DNA from: an uncultured Bacteroidales bacterium
GTDB lineage: Bacteria; Bacteroidota; Bacteroidia; Bacteroidales; P3
Length of the DNA stretch: 64,000 nt
Direction of reading: 5' to 3'
NCBI GenBank assembly: GCA_937884485.1
Contig: CALGCG010000024.1
Location: forward strand, 20,868-84,867
In this document: positions 27,327 to 36,345 of the stretch, one piece after another
Layout: each line of letters starts with the position of its first letter
How positions within the stretch are numbered: position 1 is the first letter of the stretch
Program-made: the position numbers and the translations under genes
Notes under the pieces: model-generated
What the model was told of the DNA's origin: nothing
Database searches by the model: none
Seen by the model: the letters and a program-made list of their open reading frames with translations, nothing else

Positions 27327-28328
27327 TTATGATAGTTTTTTTTCAATAAACCGTAAAAGTTCAATTGGAGAAATTTGTTCCGTATAATGATAATCGACAT
27401 GCTCCCGCCGCTTTATCTGTTCACATAATTCTGGAGTGATATCGGTTGCACTTTTAATTTGAAAAATGTAATTTGGATTATAGAAAGGAGCTTCGTGTAT
27501 AAGTTTATTGTTTGTAATTATCTTTTTGCCAAACGCAATTGCTTCACACATTCGTTGTGTATATCCAACACCTCCATGCTGCATTATTTCAAGAGCACAA
27601 TTAGCATGTAAAAAGTGTTGCAGATTGGTTTTATATGGAATTACCTCATCCACATAATCAATCTGGTCCTTATATATTTGCTCATTAGAATCGACCTTTA
27701 CAAGATGGACGTCTGTTTTAACATCATTTTCCCATAATTTCTCCAAACAAGCCATGATTTCTGGCAGTCGATTTTTGGGCTGACCAAGGAAAAACACATC
27801 ATAATCTGGCATATCGTCTATCTTTCCATGGAATGGGGAAAAAACAAGAGGATGGTATATGAAATTATATTTATTGCAATCATTCTGATCGAAAGAAAGC
27901 ACTAAATCAAAGTCGGCTTTCGTCTTTTCTACATCATTCACGCCTAATGTATGCCATAAATCAGTACAGATTAAAACAAATTTTGCCTCGGGATAATTAT
28001 GTTTCAGAAAAGAGACATAATTGGCGAACTCCCCTTGAACCCACTCCGTATCAAAGATAAACACCAATTCTTTGTCATTGTCGAAGTCGTTTACAAAATA
28101 TGAAGGGTACCAATAATTTGGCTTTAACCATAAGTTGCCAAAAAAACTCTCCATTTTTCGATTGACACGGGGATGTCTATGTTGAACCTCATAAATATGT
28201 TTTTTTGCCCCATGCATATAAAAAGTGGGAGTGTTGATAAAGCGAGCATATGGTTTATCTTTCAAATCCGAAAATGACTGCTCATACAGGTCCCATTTTC
28301 GCCAGAATATCACATAGTTGTTCTCCAT
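27327..28328 (-). CDS. Hypothetical protein, possible GT-B-like transferase
   Basis: 333 aa, AT-rich, no TM. The C-terminal half (FFLGQPKNR...GGVGYTQRMCEAIAFGKKIITNN) loosely resembles the C-terminal domain of GT-B-fold enzymes. Coding is supported by tight packing between neighbouring genes. Confidence 0.5.
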   Translation of the reverse strand: MENNYVIFWRKWDLYEQSFSDLKDKPYARFINTPTFYMHGAKKHIYEVQHRHPRVNRKMESFFGNLWLKPNYWYPSYFVNDFDNDKELVFIFDTEWVQGEFANYVSFLKHNYPEAKFVLICTDLWHTLGVNDVEKTKADFDLVLSFDQNDCNKYNFIYHPLVFSPFHGKIDDMPDYDVFFLGQPKNRLPEIMACLEKLWENDVKTDVHLVKVDSNEQIYKDQIDYVDEVIPYKTNLQHFLHANCALEIMQHGGVGYTQRMCEAIAFGKKIITNNKLIHEAPFYNPNYIFQIKSATDITPELCEQIKRREHVDYHYTEQISPIELLRFIEKKLS

Positions 28329-28337
28329 AATCTCCCA

Positions 28338-29375
28338 CTAATTCAATGGGTTCGCTTTTGAATTATACCATTTCATAAACTCACCTATCCCATCTTTTAA
28401 CGACCAGTGAGGACAATATCCCATGTCACTTTCAAGCCGCGACGTATCAGCAAAGGTTTGATATACATCGCCCGGCTGCATGGGAAGAAAAATCTTCTCT
28501 GCTTGCTTGCCATAGGCCTGTTCTATTTCGTTGATGAAATCCATCAGCCGCACTGGATGACCACAGCCTATGTTGTATATTCTATAAGCCACACTATTAG
28601 GACAATCTTCTGCTTTCAAATTGTAATCCACCGCACATATTGTCCCTTCTACAATATCGTCAATATAGGTGAAATCACGAAGCATATCACCATTGTTAAA
28701 TACTCTTATTGGCTCATTGTCGCGTATGGCCTTGGCAAAAATCATTGGCGACATATCAGGACGCCCCCACGGCCCATAAACGGTAAAGTAACGGAGCCCT
28801 ATTGCATGTAGTCCATATAATTTACTATAGCAATGTGCCATCAACTCATTGCTCTTCTTGCTTGCCGCATACAGCGACACAGGGGTGTCCACCTTGTCTT
28901 CTTCATTGAACGGGGTCTTGCTATTCATGCCATACACCGATGAAGATGAAGCAAAAACCAACTTTTTCACTTGATGGAACCGGCAGGCCTCAAGAATGTT
29001 TAGAAACCCAACCAAGTTACTCTGCATATAGCTGTAGGGGTTGGCTATGCTATAGCGTACACCAGCCTGGGCGGCTAAATTTACAACAATACCAAAGTGT
29101 TCGTTTTCGAATAAGTAATCTAACAGCTGTTTTTCCTCAATTGACATCCGCATAAATCTCAAGCCAGGGTATTTCACGCTTTGGTACATCTTACAAAATG
29201 CCATCTCGTCATTCTCTATCTCAATACCACATTCACGAAGTCTGCCGTATTTGAGACGGGTATCATAATAGTCATTGATGTTGTCAATGCCCAATACTTC
29301 TTCTCCTCGTTCAGCCAACAATGCAGCCACTCTTGCGCCAATAAAACCAGCTGCACCGGTAATTAGTATTTTCAT
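28338..29375 (-). CDS. NAD-dependent epimerase, UDP-glucuronate 4-epimerase-like
   Basis: MKILITGAAGFIGARVA...GIDNINDYYDTRLKYGRL..., YAASK catalytic motif, 345 aa. Typical CapI/WbnF-type sequence. Confidence 0.8.
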   Translation of the reverse strand: MKILITGAAGFIGARVAALLAERGEEVLGIDNINDYYDTRLKYGRLRECGIEIENDEMAFCKMYQSVKYPGLRFMRMSIEEKQLLDYLFENEHFGIVVNLAAQAGVRYSIANPYSYMQSNLVGFLNILEACRFHQVKKLVFASSSSVYGMNSKTPFNEEDKVDTPVSLYAASKKSNELMAHCYSKLYGLHAIGLRYFTVYGPWGRPDMSPMIFAKAIRDNEPIRVFNNGDMLRDFTYIDDIVEGTICAVDYNLKAEDCPNSVAYRIYNIGCGHPVRLMDFINEIEQAYGKQAEKIFLPMQPGDVYQTFADTSRLESDMGYCPHWSLKDGIGEFMKWYNSKANPLN

Positions 29376-29565
29376 AATAGTTTAATCATATTTTATAATA
29401 TACTTTGATGTTTCCAATACATGTCGACAGCTAAGCTTTGCTGTCATAGTCCCACACAAAGCCATAGAGATGCGCATTGTGGAAGGTCTTGCGTGTAGGC
29501 AACACGAAGCCTGCAGGATTGTCGCTGCAACGGGTCGGAAGCGAGAATGGCACTGGTGGGCGTTT

Positions 29566-30669
29566 TCAGTTGTTAGCTATCACGTCGGCGATGCGTTGAG
29601 CGGCGTGTCCGTCGCCGAAGGGGTTGGCGGCGTGGGACATGGCGTGGTAGGGTTTTTCGTTGGTGAGCAGGTCGGTAACGGCGTCCACGATGGTCTTGAG
29701 GTCGGTGCCCACCAGACGGGCGGTGCCGGCCTCGATGGCCTCGGGTCGCTCGGTGGTGTCGCGCATCACCAGCACAGGTCTGCCAAAGGCGGGGGCCTCC
29801 TCCTGGATGCCACCGCTGTCGGTGAGGATCAATGTGCTCTGTTGCATCATGGCCACAAACGGCAGGTACGACAACGGCTCCAGCAGGTAGACGTTCTTCC
29901 GGCTGCCGTCGATGATTTCTTGTACCGGACGGCGGATGTTGGGGTTGAGGTGGATGGGGTAGACGAAGTCCACGTCCTCGAACCGTGTGGCCAGCGTGTT
30001 GATGGCCTGGCAGATATTCCGCATGCCGTCGCCGAAATTCTCGCGGCGGTGGCCGGTGATGAGCACCATGCGGCGGCGCTCGTCGCGGCCGAACTGCGGC
30101 ACCGCGGCTTTGCCCGACGCCACCACCCAGTGCAGCGCGTCGATGACGGTGTTGCCCGTCACCATGATATGGGCGTCGTCGACATTCTCCCGCAGCAGGT
30201 TCTTCCGGGCGGTCTCCGTGGGGGCGAAGTGCCAGGTGCAGAGGCGTCCGTTCAGCTGGCGGTTCATCTCCTCGGGCCAGGGGCTGTAGATGTTACCCGT
30301 GCGCAGGCCGGCTTCCACATGCCCCACGGGTATGTGCTGGTAGAAGGCAGCCAGCGCCGCGAAGGTCGACGTGGAGGTGTCGCCATGCACCAGCACCATG
30401 TCTGGCTGTTCTGCTGCCAACACATCACGCATGCCAAGCAGTATGCGCGACGAAACATCGTAGAGGTCCTGCCCCGGCTGCATAATGTTCAGGTCGTGGT
30501 CGGGGTGTATGTCGAACACCTCCAGCATCTGGTCCAGCATCTCGCGGTGCTGGCCGGTGACGCAGACGCGGGTGTCGAATTCTCCCGGTCGGCTGCCGAG
30601 TTCTTTCACCAGGGGTGCCATCTTGATGGCCTCCGGACGCGTGCCGAAAACAATCAGTATCTTTTTCAT
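29566..30669 (-). CDS. wecB: UDP-N-acetylglucosamine 2-epimerase (non-hydrolysing), copy 2
   Basis: From Met 30669: MKKILIVFGTRPEAIKMAPLV...VTGQHREMLDQ...VHGDTSTS...HVEAGLRT. ATGA overlap with the upstream gene. GC-rich, unlike copy 1. Confidence 0.9.
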   Translation of the reverse strand: MKKILIVFGTRPEAIKMAPLVKELGSRPGEFDTRVCVTGQHREMLDQMLEVFDIHPDHDLNIMQPGQDLYDVSSRILLGMRDVLAAEQPDMVLVHGDTSTSTFAALAAFYQHIPVGHVEAGLRTGNIYSPWPEEMNRQLNGRLCTWHFAPTETARKNLLRENVDDAHIMVTGNTVIDALHWVVASGKAAVPQFGRDERRRMVLITGHRRENFGDGMRNICQAINTLATRFEDVDFVYPIHLNPNIRRPVQEIIDGSRKNVYLLEPLSYLPFVAMMQQSTLILTDSGGIQEEAPAFGRPVLVMRDTTERPEAIEAGTARLVGTDLKTIVDAVTDLLTNEKPYHAMSHAANPFGDGHAAQRIADVIANN

Positions 30670-31595
30670 TGCAATAGTTTCTTTAAATCCTGTGCCAGCT
30701 TCATCGAGAACTGCTCCGCACCGCGGCGGTTCAGGTGGCTGGCGTTGTAGAAGTTGAGGGTGTCGTGGCTGACGCTGTCGTAGGTGTAGTTGAGTATGGG
30801 GTAGCCGTAGCGGTCGGCAATCTGCCGGTAGAAGGCGAACATCGAGTCGGCGGCGCTGCCCATCTTCTCGGTGACTCCGATATAAATAGGTGCGTATACC
30901 ATCACCACCTCGATGCCTTCCTGCTTGCACTGATGCAGGTACTCTTCAAAAATCGCGGCAGCTTCGGGATTGACGATGAACTCGATGGTGTCGATGGTGG
31001 AAAAAACAGTGCCGTCCCACGGACTGTCATGTTCTATATAGCCCTTGTATGGAGGGGCGTAAGGGCTTTCCTTGCGGGGCTTCAATCCGTTGAGGATTAG
31101 CTTGTGGTAGCCGGCATAGCGCACCAGCGGCAGCATCCGGTCGGCCCAGGTGAAGCCTTCGCGGTTGGCAATTTCATCAAACAGCGCCCTGTCGTCAGGC
31201 AGGTAGGGTAGGTACTGCTCCCGTTCGTAGCCGTTGCTCATCATCAGGGTGCCGGCGTCGATGTTCTGTATGATGACTTTCGGTTTGGGGCAGTGGCGGC
31301 GGTAGAAGTTGTAGATGGCCACCTCGGCATCGATGCAACGGCCGTCGACGCTGATATTGTAGCTGTTGAAGCCGGTGAGGCTGTCGATAATGCGCGGTGA
31401 GTATTGTACTTGCCCGCGCGAAGAGCCCATGATCAAGGCGTCGCACTGCAGGCTGTCGTTGCAGATGGCGTTGTAGGTGTGGAACATCCGCGCGTCGGAA
31501 TGCCTGAGGTTCTTGGTTATCAGCCAGTCCAATCCGCAGGCCAACACAAAGAGTGCCGCTACAGTGATTGCAAGTTTTGTTAGAAAGCGACGCAT
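30666..31595 (-). CDS. Membrane-anchored DltD/AlgJ-like accessory protein of the MBOAT system
   Basis: N-terminal TM anchor, then ALIMGSSRGQVQYSP.... Position immediately downstream of an MBOAT gene. Family call is tentative. Confidence 0.45.
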   Translation of the reverse strand: MRRFLTKLAITVAALFVLACGLDWLITKNLRHSDARMFHTYNAICNDSLQCDALIMGSSRGQVQYSPRIIDSLTGFNSYNISVDGRCIDAEVAIYNFYRRHCPKPKVIIQNIDAGTLMMSNGYEREQYLPYLPDDRALFDEIANREGFTWADRMLPLVRYAGYHKLILNGLKPRKESPYAPPYKGYIEHDSPWDGTVFSTIDTIEFIVNPEAAAIFEEYLHQCKQEGIEVVMVYAPIYIGVTEKMGSAADSMFAFYRQIADRYGYPILNYTYDSVSHDTLNFYNASHLNRRGAEQFSMKLAQDLKKLLQ

Positions 31596-31642
31596 GGATT
31601 ATGTGAGGGTTTTCTGTTAGTACTGATGGCTCTGATTGAGCT

Positions 31643-33058
31643 TCAGAACTGGAAGTAGATGAATGTCTCGTTGAAAATACCGTAAACGAATATCATGGCC
31701 AAGGTCGTCAGGTAGCAGGCATAGCGCACCACGCCGTATCTTACACCGCTCATGTCGAGCCCGTGTTCGCGGCCCCGTTGCAGCCATTCCACCACGAGCA
31801 TCAGCATCACGAAAACGATGGAGCGCATCGGCGGATTGAAACTCGCCATGCCGCCGCTGACCATGCCGTTGTAGAATTCCATGGCTTCTCCGATGCTCTG
31901 GCTGCGGAAGAGCACCCATCCCAGGGCCGCCAGCACAAAGGTCAGGGCCATCTGTCCCAACTCCTTGATTCCCGGCAGCCAACGTCCTTCGGCAACGGTG
32001 TCGGTATACTTGCGGTTCTTGCCCAGCAGGATGAGGGGCAGGAAGAGGCAGGCGTGGAAAGCACCCCAGGCCAGGAAGGTCCAGTTGGCGCCATGCCACA
32101 GGCCGCTGACAAGGAAGATGACAAACGTGTTGCGCACCACCTTCCACTTCGCCACACGGCTGCCCCCGAGGGGGATGTAGACGTAGTCGCGGAACCAGGT
32201 GGTGAGGCTGATGTGCCAACGGCGCCAGAACTCGGCAATGTCGCGACTGAAGTAGGGCACGTTGAAGTTGCGCATCAGTTTGATTCCAAACAGCTTGGCG
32301 CAGCCGATGGCTATGTCGCTGTAGCCCGAGAAGTCGCAGTAGATCTGGATGGAAAAAAGCACGGCGGCTGTAGCAAGATTGAGGCTGCTCTGTCCACCGA
32401 TGTCTCCCCATACTTCATCTACAAAGACGGCGCAGTTGTCGGCCACGACCACCTTCTTGAAGAATCCCCACAGCATCTGGCGCACGCCGTCGACGGCCAT
32501 CGCATAGTCGAACTTCCTCTCCCTCAGGAACTGCGGCAGCAGGTTCGTGGCCCTCTCGATGGGGCCCGCCACCAGCTGGGGGAAGAAGCTGACGTAGGCG
32601 AAGAAGGCCACGGCGTCTTTCGTCGGGGCTATCTTGCCCCGATAGACGTCGATGCTGTAGCTCAACGCCTGGAAGGTGTAGAACGAGATGCCCACGGGCA
32701 GTATCAGGTTCAGCATCACGCTGTCGCCGCTGCATCCCAACAGGCGTGCCAACTCGGAGGCGAAGAAGTCGTAGTATTTGAACAGCCCCAGGATGCCCAG
32801 GTTCAGCCCGATGTTGGTCCACATGACGGCCAGGTTGCGCCGCCGGCTGCTTTCGGGCCTGATCATCAGGCCGCTGGCGTAGGAACAGGCGGTGGTGAAG
32901 GCCATGAGCAGCAGGAACCGCCAGTCCCACCAGCCGTAGAACAGATAGCTCGCCACCACCACCAGCAGGTTCTGCCAGCGCACCTGCCGCCGCAGCACCC
33001 AGTAGAGGGCGAAGACCGCCGGCAGGAAAACCATGAATTCAATCGAGGTGAAAAGCAT
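31643..33058 (-). CDS. MBOAT-family O-acyltransferase (AlgI/DltB-like)
   Basis: MLFTSIEFMVFLPAVFALYW... start, multiple TM segments, and conserved FWRRWHISLTTWFRDYVYIPLGGSR with the catalytic His. Confidence 0.9.
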   Translation of the reverse strand: MLFTSIEFMVFLPAVFALYWVLRRQVRWQNLLVVVASYLFYGWWDWRFLLLMAFTTACSYASGLMIRPESSRRRNLAVMWTNIGLNLGILGLFKYYDFFASELARLLGCSGDSVMLNLILPVGISFYTFQALSYSIDVYRGKIAPTKDAVAFFAYVSFFPQLVAGPIERATNLLPQFLRERKFDYAMAVDGVRQMLWGFFKKVVVADNCAVFVDEVWGDIGGQSSLNLATAAVLFSIQIYCDFSGYSDIAIGCAKLFGIKLMRNFNVPYFSRDIAEFWRRWHISLTTWFRDYVYIPLGGSRVAKWKVVRNTFVIFLVSGLWHGANWTFLAWGAFHACLFLPLILLGKNRKYTDTVAEGRWLPGIKELGQMALTFVLAALGWVLFRSQSIGEAMEFYNGMVSGGMASFNPPMRSIVFVMLMLVVEWLQRGREHGLDMSGVRYGVVRYACYLTTLAMIFVYGIFNETFIYFQF

Positions 33059-33073
33059 ATCTCAGAAGGGGGC

Positions 33074-33201
33074 GACTGCCATTTTGTCAGTCCCAAAACC
33101 CTGTTTTCACCCTATCAACACCCACTTTGGTGGGAGTTGGGTGGGAGTTGATAGGGTGTTGGTAGGTAGATGGTAGGTACAGGACTGCCATTTTGTCAGT
33201 C
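33074..33201. repeat. G-rich intergenic element, copy B, bracketed by a perfect 19-bp direct repeat
   Basis: gactgccattttgtcagtc occurs at 33074-33092 and again at 33183-33201. Inside, an 18-bp stem (33108-33125 with 33141-33158, 1 mismatch) and 11-nt units ggtgggagttg x2, atagggtgttg, gtaggtagatg and gtaggtacagg (33129-33183). Confidence 0.9.
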
Positions 33202-33205
33202 GAGT

Positions 33206-34144
33206 TTATTGTGTTAAAAATTCATAAAAACGGAACAGCGAGGGGTGGATGCGGATGAGGCGGTAGAGGCGGCGGTGGCGGGGGGTGAGGCAGACGGTGC
33301 GGAACTGCCGCCAGTCGACCCACCGCTGCATCTCGCGGTCGATGTTGCCGTAGAGGTCCTTCGTTTTGCGGGAGAAGAGGTTGATGTAGTTCGAGGCCAA
33401 CACACGGTAGATGGCCTTCTTGTCCACGCCCTGGAGGGGGATGAAGAGGTCGGCGAGCAGGCGTTGCACACGCAGGCTGTCGTCGAAGCGGCGACGGTCG
33501 ACGGTGGTGGTGATGCTGTTCGCGCGTATCCTATATATATACAGGCAGGGGGTGATGGTTCTCAGCGTCTTGGCGGCGAGCATGGCCTGGGTGGTGAAGA
33601 GGTCGTCCTCGGCGCGGAGGATGCCGTCGGCGAAGCGCAGGTTGTTGTCTATCAGGAACTGGCGACGGTAGGCCCGCTGCCAGATGCATACGAAATGGAT
33701 GTCCGTGGCCTCCAGGCGGTGGCGGCAGAAGTAGGTCCAGCCGTCGGAGGTTTCGGGTTGGCGGATGGTGGGGTGGTAGGTCTGTTCGCCGGTGGCGTCG
33801 TGCAGCTTCTTGGCGTTGAAGGCTATGATGTCTTCGCCTGAGAGCTCGGCGGCGAGGGTCTCGAGGGCGCCGTCGGTGAGGAGGTCGTCGCTGTCCACGA
33901 AGAGGATGTACTCGCCCCGGGCCTCGTCGAGGCCGCGGTTGCGGGCGGTGCTCATGCCGCGGTTCGCCTGGTGGATGGTTTTCACGTCGGGGTAGCGTTC
34001 CAGCAGGGCCGCCGTGCCGTCGGTGCTGCCGTCGTCGACGACGATGACCTCGCAGCCCTGGCGTTCCTGCGCGAGGATGCTGTCGAGGCACTGCTGCAGG
34101 TAGGCTTCGGCGTTGTAGGTGGGTATGATGATGGAGAGTTTCAT
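33206..34144 (-). CDS. Glycosyltransferase family 2
   Basis: From Met 34144: MKLSIIIPTYNAEAYLQQCLDSILAQ...VIVVDDGSTDGT...VDSDD. ATGA overlap with the upstream gene. Confidence 0.9.
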   Translation of the reverse strand: MKLSIIIPTYNAEAYLQQCLDSILAQERQGCEVIVVDDGSTDGTAALLERYPDVKTIHQANRGMSTARNRGLDEARGEYILFVDSDDLLTDGALETLAAELSGEDIIAFNAKKLHDATGEQTYHPTIRQPETSDGWTYFCRHRLEATDIHFVCIWQRAYRRQFLIDNNLRFADGILRAEDDLFTTQAMLAAKTLRTITPCLYIYRIRANSITTTVDRRRFDDSLRVQRLLADLFIPLQGVDKKAIYRVLASNYINLFSRKTKDLYGNIDREMQRWVDWRQFRTVCLTPRHRRLYRLIRIHPSLFRFYEFLTQ

Positions 34145-35331
34145 AAGGTGGAGGCAATGGTTTCGGCCATGGTGTTCAGCGCGTTGCATTGTTCGCGACT
34201 GACAACGGTATGGGTGGCGTGGTGTTTCCATGGGGCCAGTTGCAGCAGGCGTCCTTCGGCGCAAGCGTAGAAGGATTGCCCTACGGGCTTGTACAGGTCG
34301 GGGAATCCGTTTTCCATGAGGTGTATCAGTGTGCGGTGGTTTTCGCTGGCCTTTAGGGCTATGGCTTTCTCGGCTTCCGATATGAAGGCGCCGATGAGTA
34401 CGGTGCCTTTTTGCGAGGCTTCGGCGCAGCGGGAGGCGTAGGCATTGAGTTCGGCGGGCGACCAGTGGCGGCGGCAGTGTACGGCCATGAGGGGTGCTTG
34501 CAGGAGAGCGAGGTTGCCGATGGCGTCGAAGGTGTGGCCGGCCACGGTGATGTTGCGGTGGAGGGTGAAGTAGGGACTGTTGTCGCGCTTGAGGAGCAGG
34601 CGGCGGGGGTTGTCGCGTATGTAGTCTATCATGCGCTGCAGCTGGCCTTTGCCTTGGAGGATGCGGTCGTTGTAGCCCTCGGCGAAGAGGCGGCGGAAGA
34701 CTTTCTCCTGCGACGCAAGCGTCGCAGCACCCGACAAAGGAGCAGAAAACGGCACCTCTTTTCCAGTGTCATTTGTTGTCCCCGTTCCTTTGTCCTCTCC
34801 GGTTCCCGTCTTTGTCCCCGTTCCTTTGTTCTCTCCGGTTCCCGTCTTTGTCCCCGTTCCTTTGTTCTCTCCGGTTCCCGCCGTTTCGTCTTTTGTTGTC
34901 CCCGTTCCTTTGTCCTCTCTGGTTTCCGTCTTTGTCCCCGCTCCTTTGTTCTGTGCAAGGGCGCTTGCGCCCGCCGGTGGCTTTGTCGGCGCCAGCCGCC
35001 CATAGGCATGCCCGCAAGCTATTTTCCACGACGAGAAGAGGCTCCCCAGCGGCTTGTCAAGCCTCTCTGTGACTTGGATGATGACATGCACATGATCCGG
35101 CATCACCTGGTGTTGCAGCAGCCTCAGTTGTGGATATCGTTGGCAAAGGGAGTACAGCTCGTAGCGTACGGCCACTCCCAGCGGCGTCAGTTCGATATGC
35201 GCTGTATGCGCGTCGCCTGCCACCTTTCCCAATAGGGGCCGTCGCCCTTCCACGGTCACCGTCAGCATGTATATGCAGGGCGACTTGTAGTCGTGGTTAG
35301 AACAGCGCTGTATCTGGGGTTTGTCGGCCAT
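34141..35331 (-). CDS. HUH (Y1) transposase-like / RAYT-like protein with internal low-complexity repeat and C-terminal extension
   Basis: N-terminal NHDYKSPCIYMLTVTVEGRRPLLG...MPDHVHVIIQV (HUH motif), then later YNDRIL...IDYIRDNPRR (Tyr/NP helix). Both are typical of the IS200-like/COG1943 fold. A GTGENKGTGTKT-type repeat separates the two halves. About 150 extra C-terminal residues. Confidence 0.7.
   Translation of the reverse strand: MADKPQIQRCSNHDYKSPCIYMLTVTVEGRRPLLGKVAGDAHTAHIELTPLGVAVRYELYSLCQRYPQLRLLQHQVMPDHVHVIIQVTERLDKPLGSLFSSWKIACGHAYGRLAPTKPPAGASALAQNKGAGTKTETREDKGTGTTKDETAGTGENKGTGTKTGTGENKGTGTKTGTGEDKGTGTTNDTGKEVPFSAPLSGAATLASQEKVFRRLFAEGYNDRILQGKGQLQRMIDYIRDNPRRLLLKRDNSPYFTLHRNITVAGHTFDAIGNLALLQAPLMAVHCRRHWSPAELNAYASRCAEASQKGTVLIGAFISEAEKAIALKASENHRTLIHLMENGFPDLYKPVGQSFYACAEGRLLQLAPWKHHATHTVVSREQCNALNTMAETIASTL
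34777..34956 (-). repeat. 36-nt in-frame tandem repeat, about 5 copies, inside the HUH-like gene
   Basis: Plus-strand unit is tgtccccgttcctttgtYctctccggttcccgtctt. Copies lie at 34777, 34813, 34849 (diverged 3' end), 34897 and a partial one at 34933. Encodes Gly/Thr/Lys-rich 12-aa repeats. Confidence 0.9.
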
Positions 35332-35428
35332 TATCCTGTCTTGGTTTTTCTTCGCTCCTTTGTCCTGTGTCCAAGCGCTTGCCTGTCAGAGGAGGGCATA
35401 GCGTCCCCTGCAGGTGTCGGGGTTATTC

Positions 35429-36298
35429 TTAGTGGGAAAGGATCTTCCTCGCTTTGCGCACCAGCTTCTTGTATTCAAGTAATGCTGCAGTTGTGTTGCG
35501 TTTGTGAATCAGTTTCAGGGTCGCGAGGTGCAGGTCCTGTTTGAGTACCGACAGGGGCGACCACTGTTGCATCCAGGGTTTTGTCTCTCCGATAAAATGG
35601 AGTATTGCCACTGACTTGGGGGCATCGATTTGGTCGTTGTATACATATCCCAGATGCGATTCATAATAATGTGCATAGTTTGCAAAAACGCCGTATTTCT
35701 CGCCAAGGTGCAGCTCGTGCCGTTCAGGCCATTCTTCATAGTATGCTTGCAGAATGTCTTGGTCTCCGCACCATTTTTTTCGGTCGTAGACTTCTGGAAT
35801 GATGGATGAAAACTTCTGTGACAGACCCTTCTCAGGGACAATGACCATCAGTCCCGAGTTTAAATCTATCCAGTGTTCGTTACCGGGGTATTCTTTCCCT
35901 GCCACTACGGCAGACATGTGCGGTTTCTCGAAGAGATGGTCGAGGTTTTGGAGAACATACATGTCTGCATCTATTATATATACTATTTTGTCGAACTGCG
36001 TCTGCTCGAAAACCAGGAGTTTGTCGAAGGTATGGTTGAAGCGGAGTTCTCCCTGGTGTTTATTGTTGTCTATAAGTTGTTGCGGAAGATTGACGGAATT
36101 GGAGTATTCAATGATTTGTATTCCGTTGTCTTTTAATTTGGAACACAGCGCGTCTTCGCTCCTGACCAGGTCGGAAGGGAGCATGACATAAAGAGGGATG
36201 CTTGTGCCGGTTTGCCGAAGGCTGATATGCAATGCCATGACTCCTGGCAGGTATTTCTTGTTTGTGGCGATGGTGATATATGCGCGGTGTAGACTCAT
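35429..36298 (-). CDS. Glycosyltransferase family 8 (glycogenin/LgtC-like)
   Basis: AYITIATNKKYLPGVMALHISL...IIDADMYVLQNLDHLFE (DxD)...ILHFIGETKPW. Confidence 0.85.
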   Translation of the reverse strand: MSLHRAYITIATNKKYLPGVMALHISLRQTGTSIPLYVMLPSDLVRSEDALCSKLKDNGIQIIEYSNSVNLPQQLIDNNKHQGELRFNHTFDKLLVFEQTQFDKIVYIIDADMYVLQNLDHLFEKPHMSAVVAGKEYPGNEHWIDLNSGLMVIVPEKGLSQKFSSIIPEVYDRKKWCGDQDILQAYYEEWPERHELHLGEKYGVFANYAHYYESHLGYVYNDQIDAPKSVAILHFIGETKPWMQQWSPLSVLKQDLHLATLKLIHKRNTTAALLEYKKLVRKARKILSH

Positions 36299-36345
36299 CT
36301 AATGAAAATAATGCAATGTTATGATGTGCTGTTTTGTTTTGTCCT

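Noticed and set aside
29470-33151. Plus-strand ORFs 29470..30750 (426 aa) and 31763..33151 (462 aa), opposite wecB and the MBOAT gene. Also several Arg/Pro-rich alternate-frame ORFs in 31617-34270.
   Set aside because: They are shadow ORFs in GC-rich coding DNA. The minus-strand genes carry unambiguous WecB and MBOAT motifs.
34141-35331. Calling the HUH-like gene an active IS200/IS605 insertion sequence (mobile_element).
   Set aside because: No terminal subterminal hairpins, no tnpB and no target duplication are present. The gene is translationally coupled to the next glycosyltransferase and is interrupted by a low-complexity insert. It is treated as a domesticated or passenger CDS.
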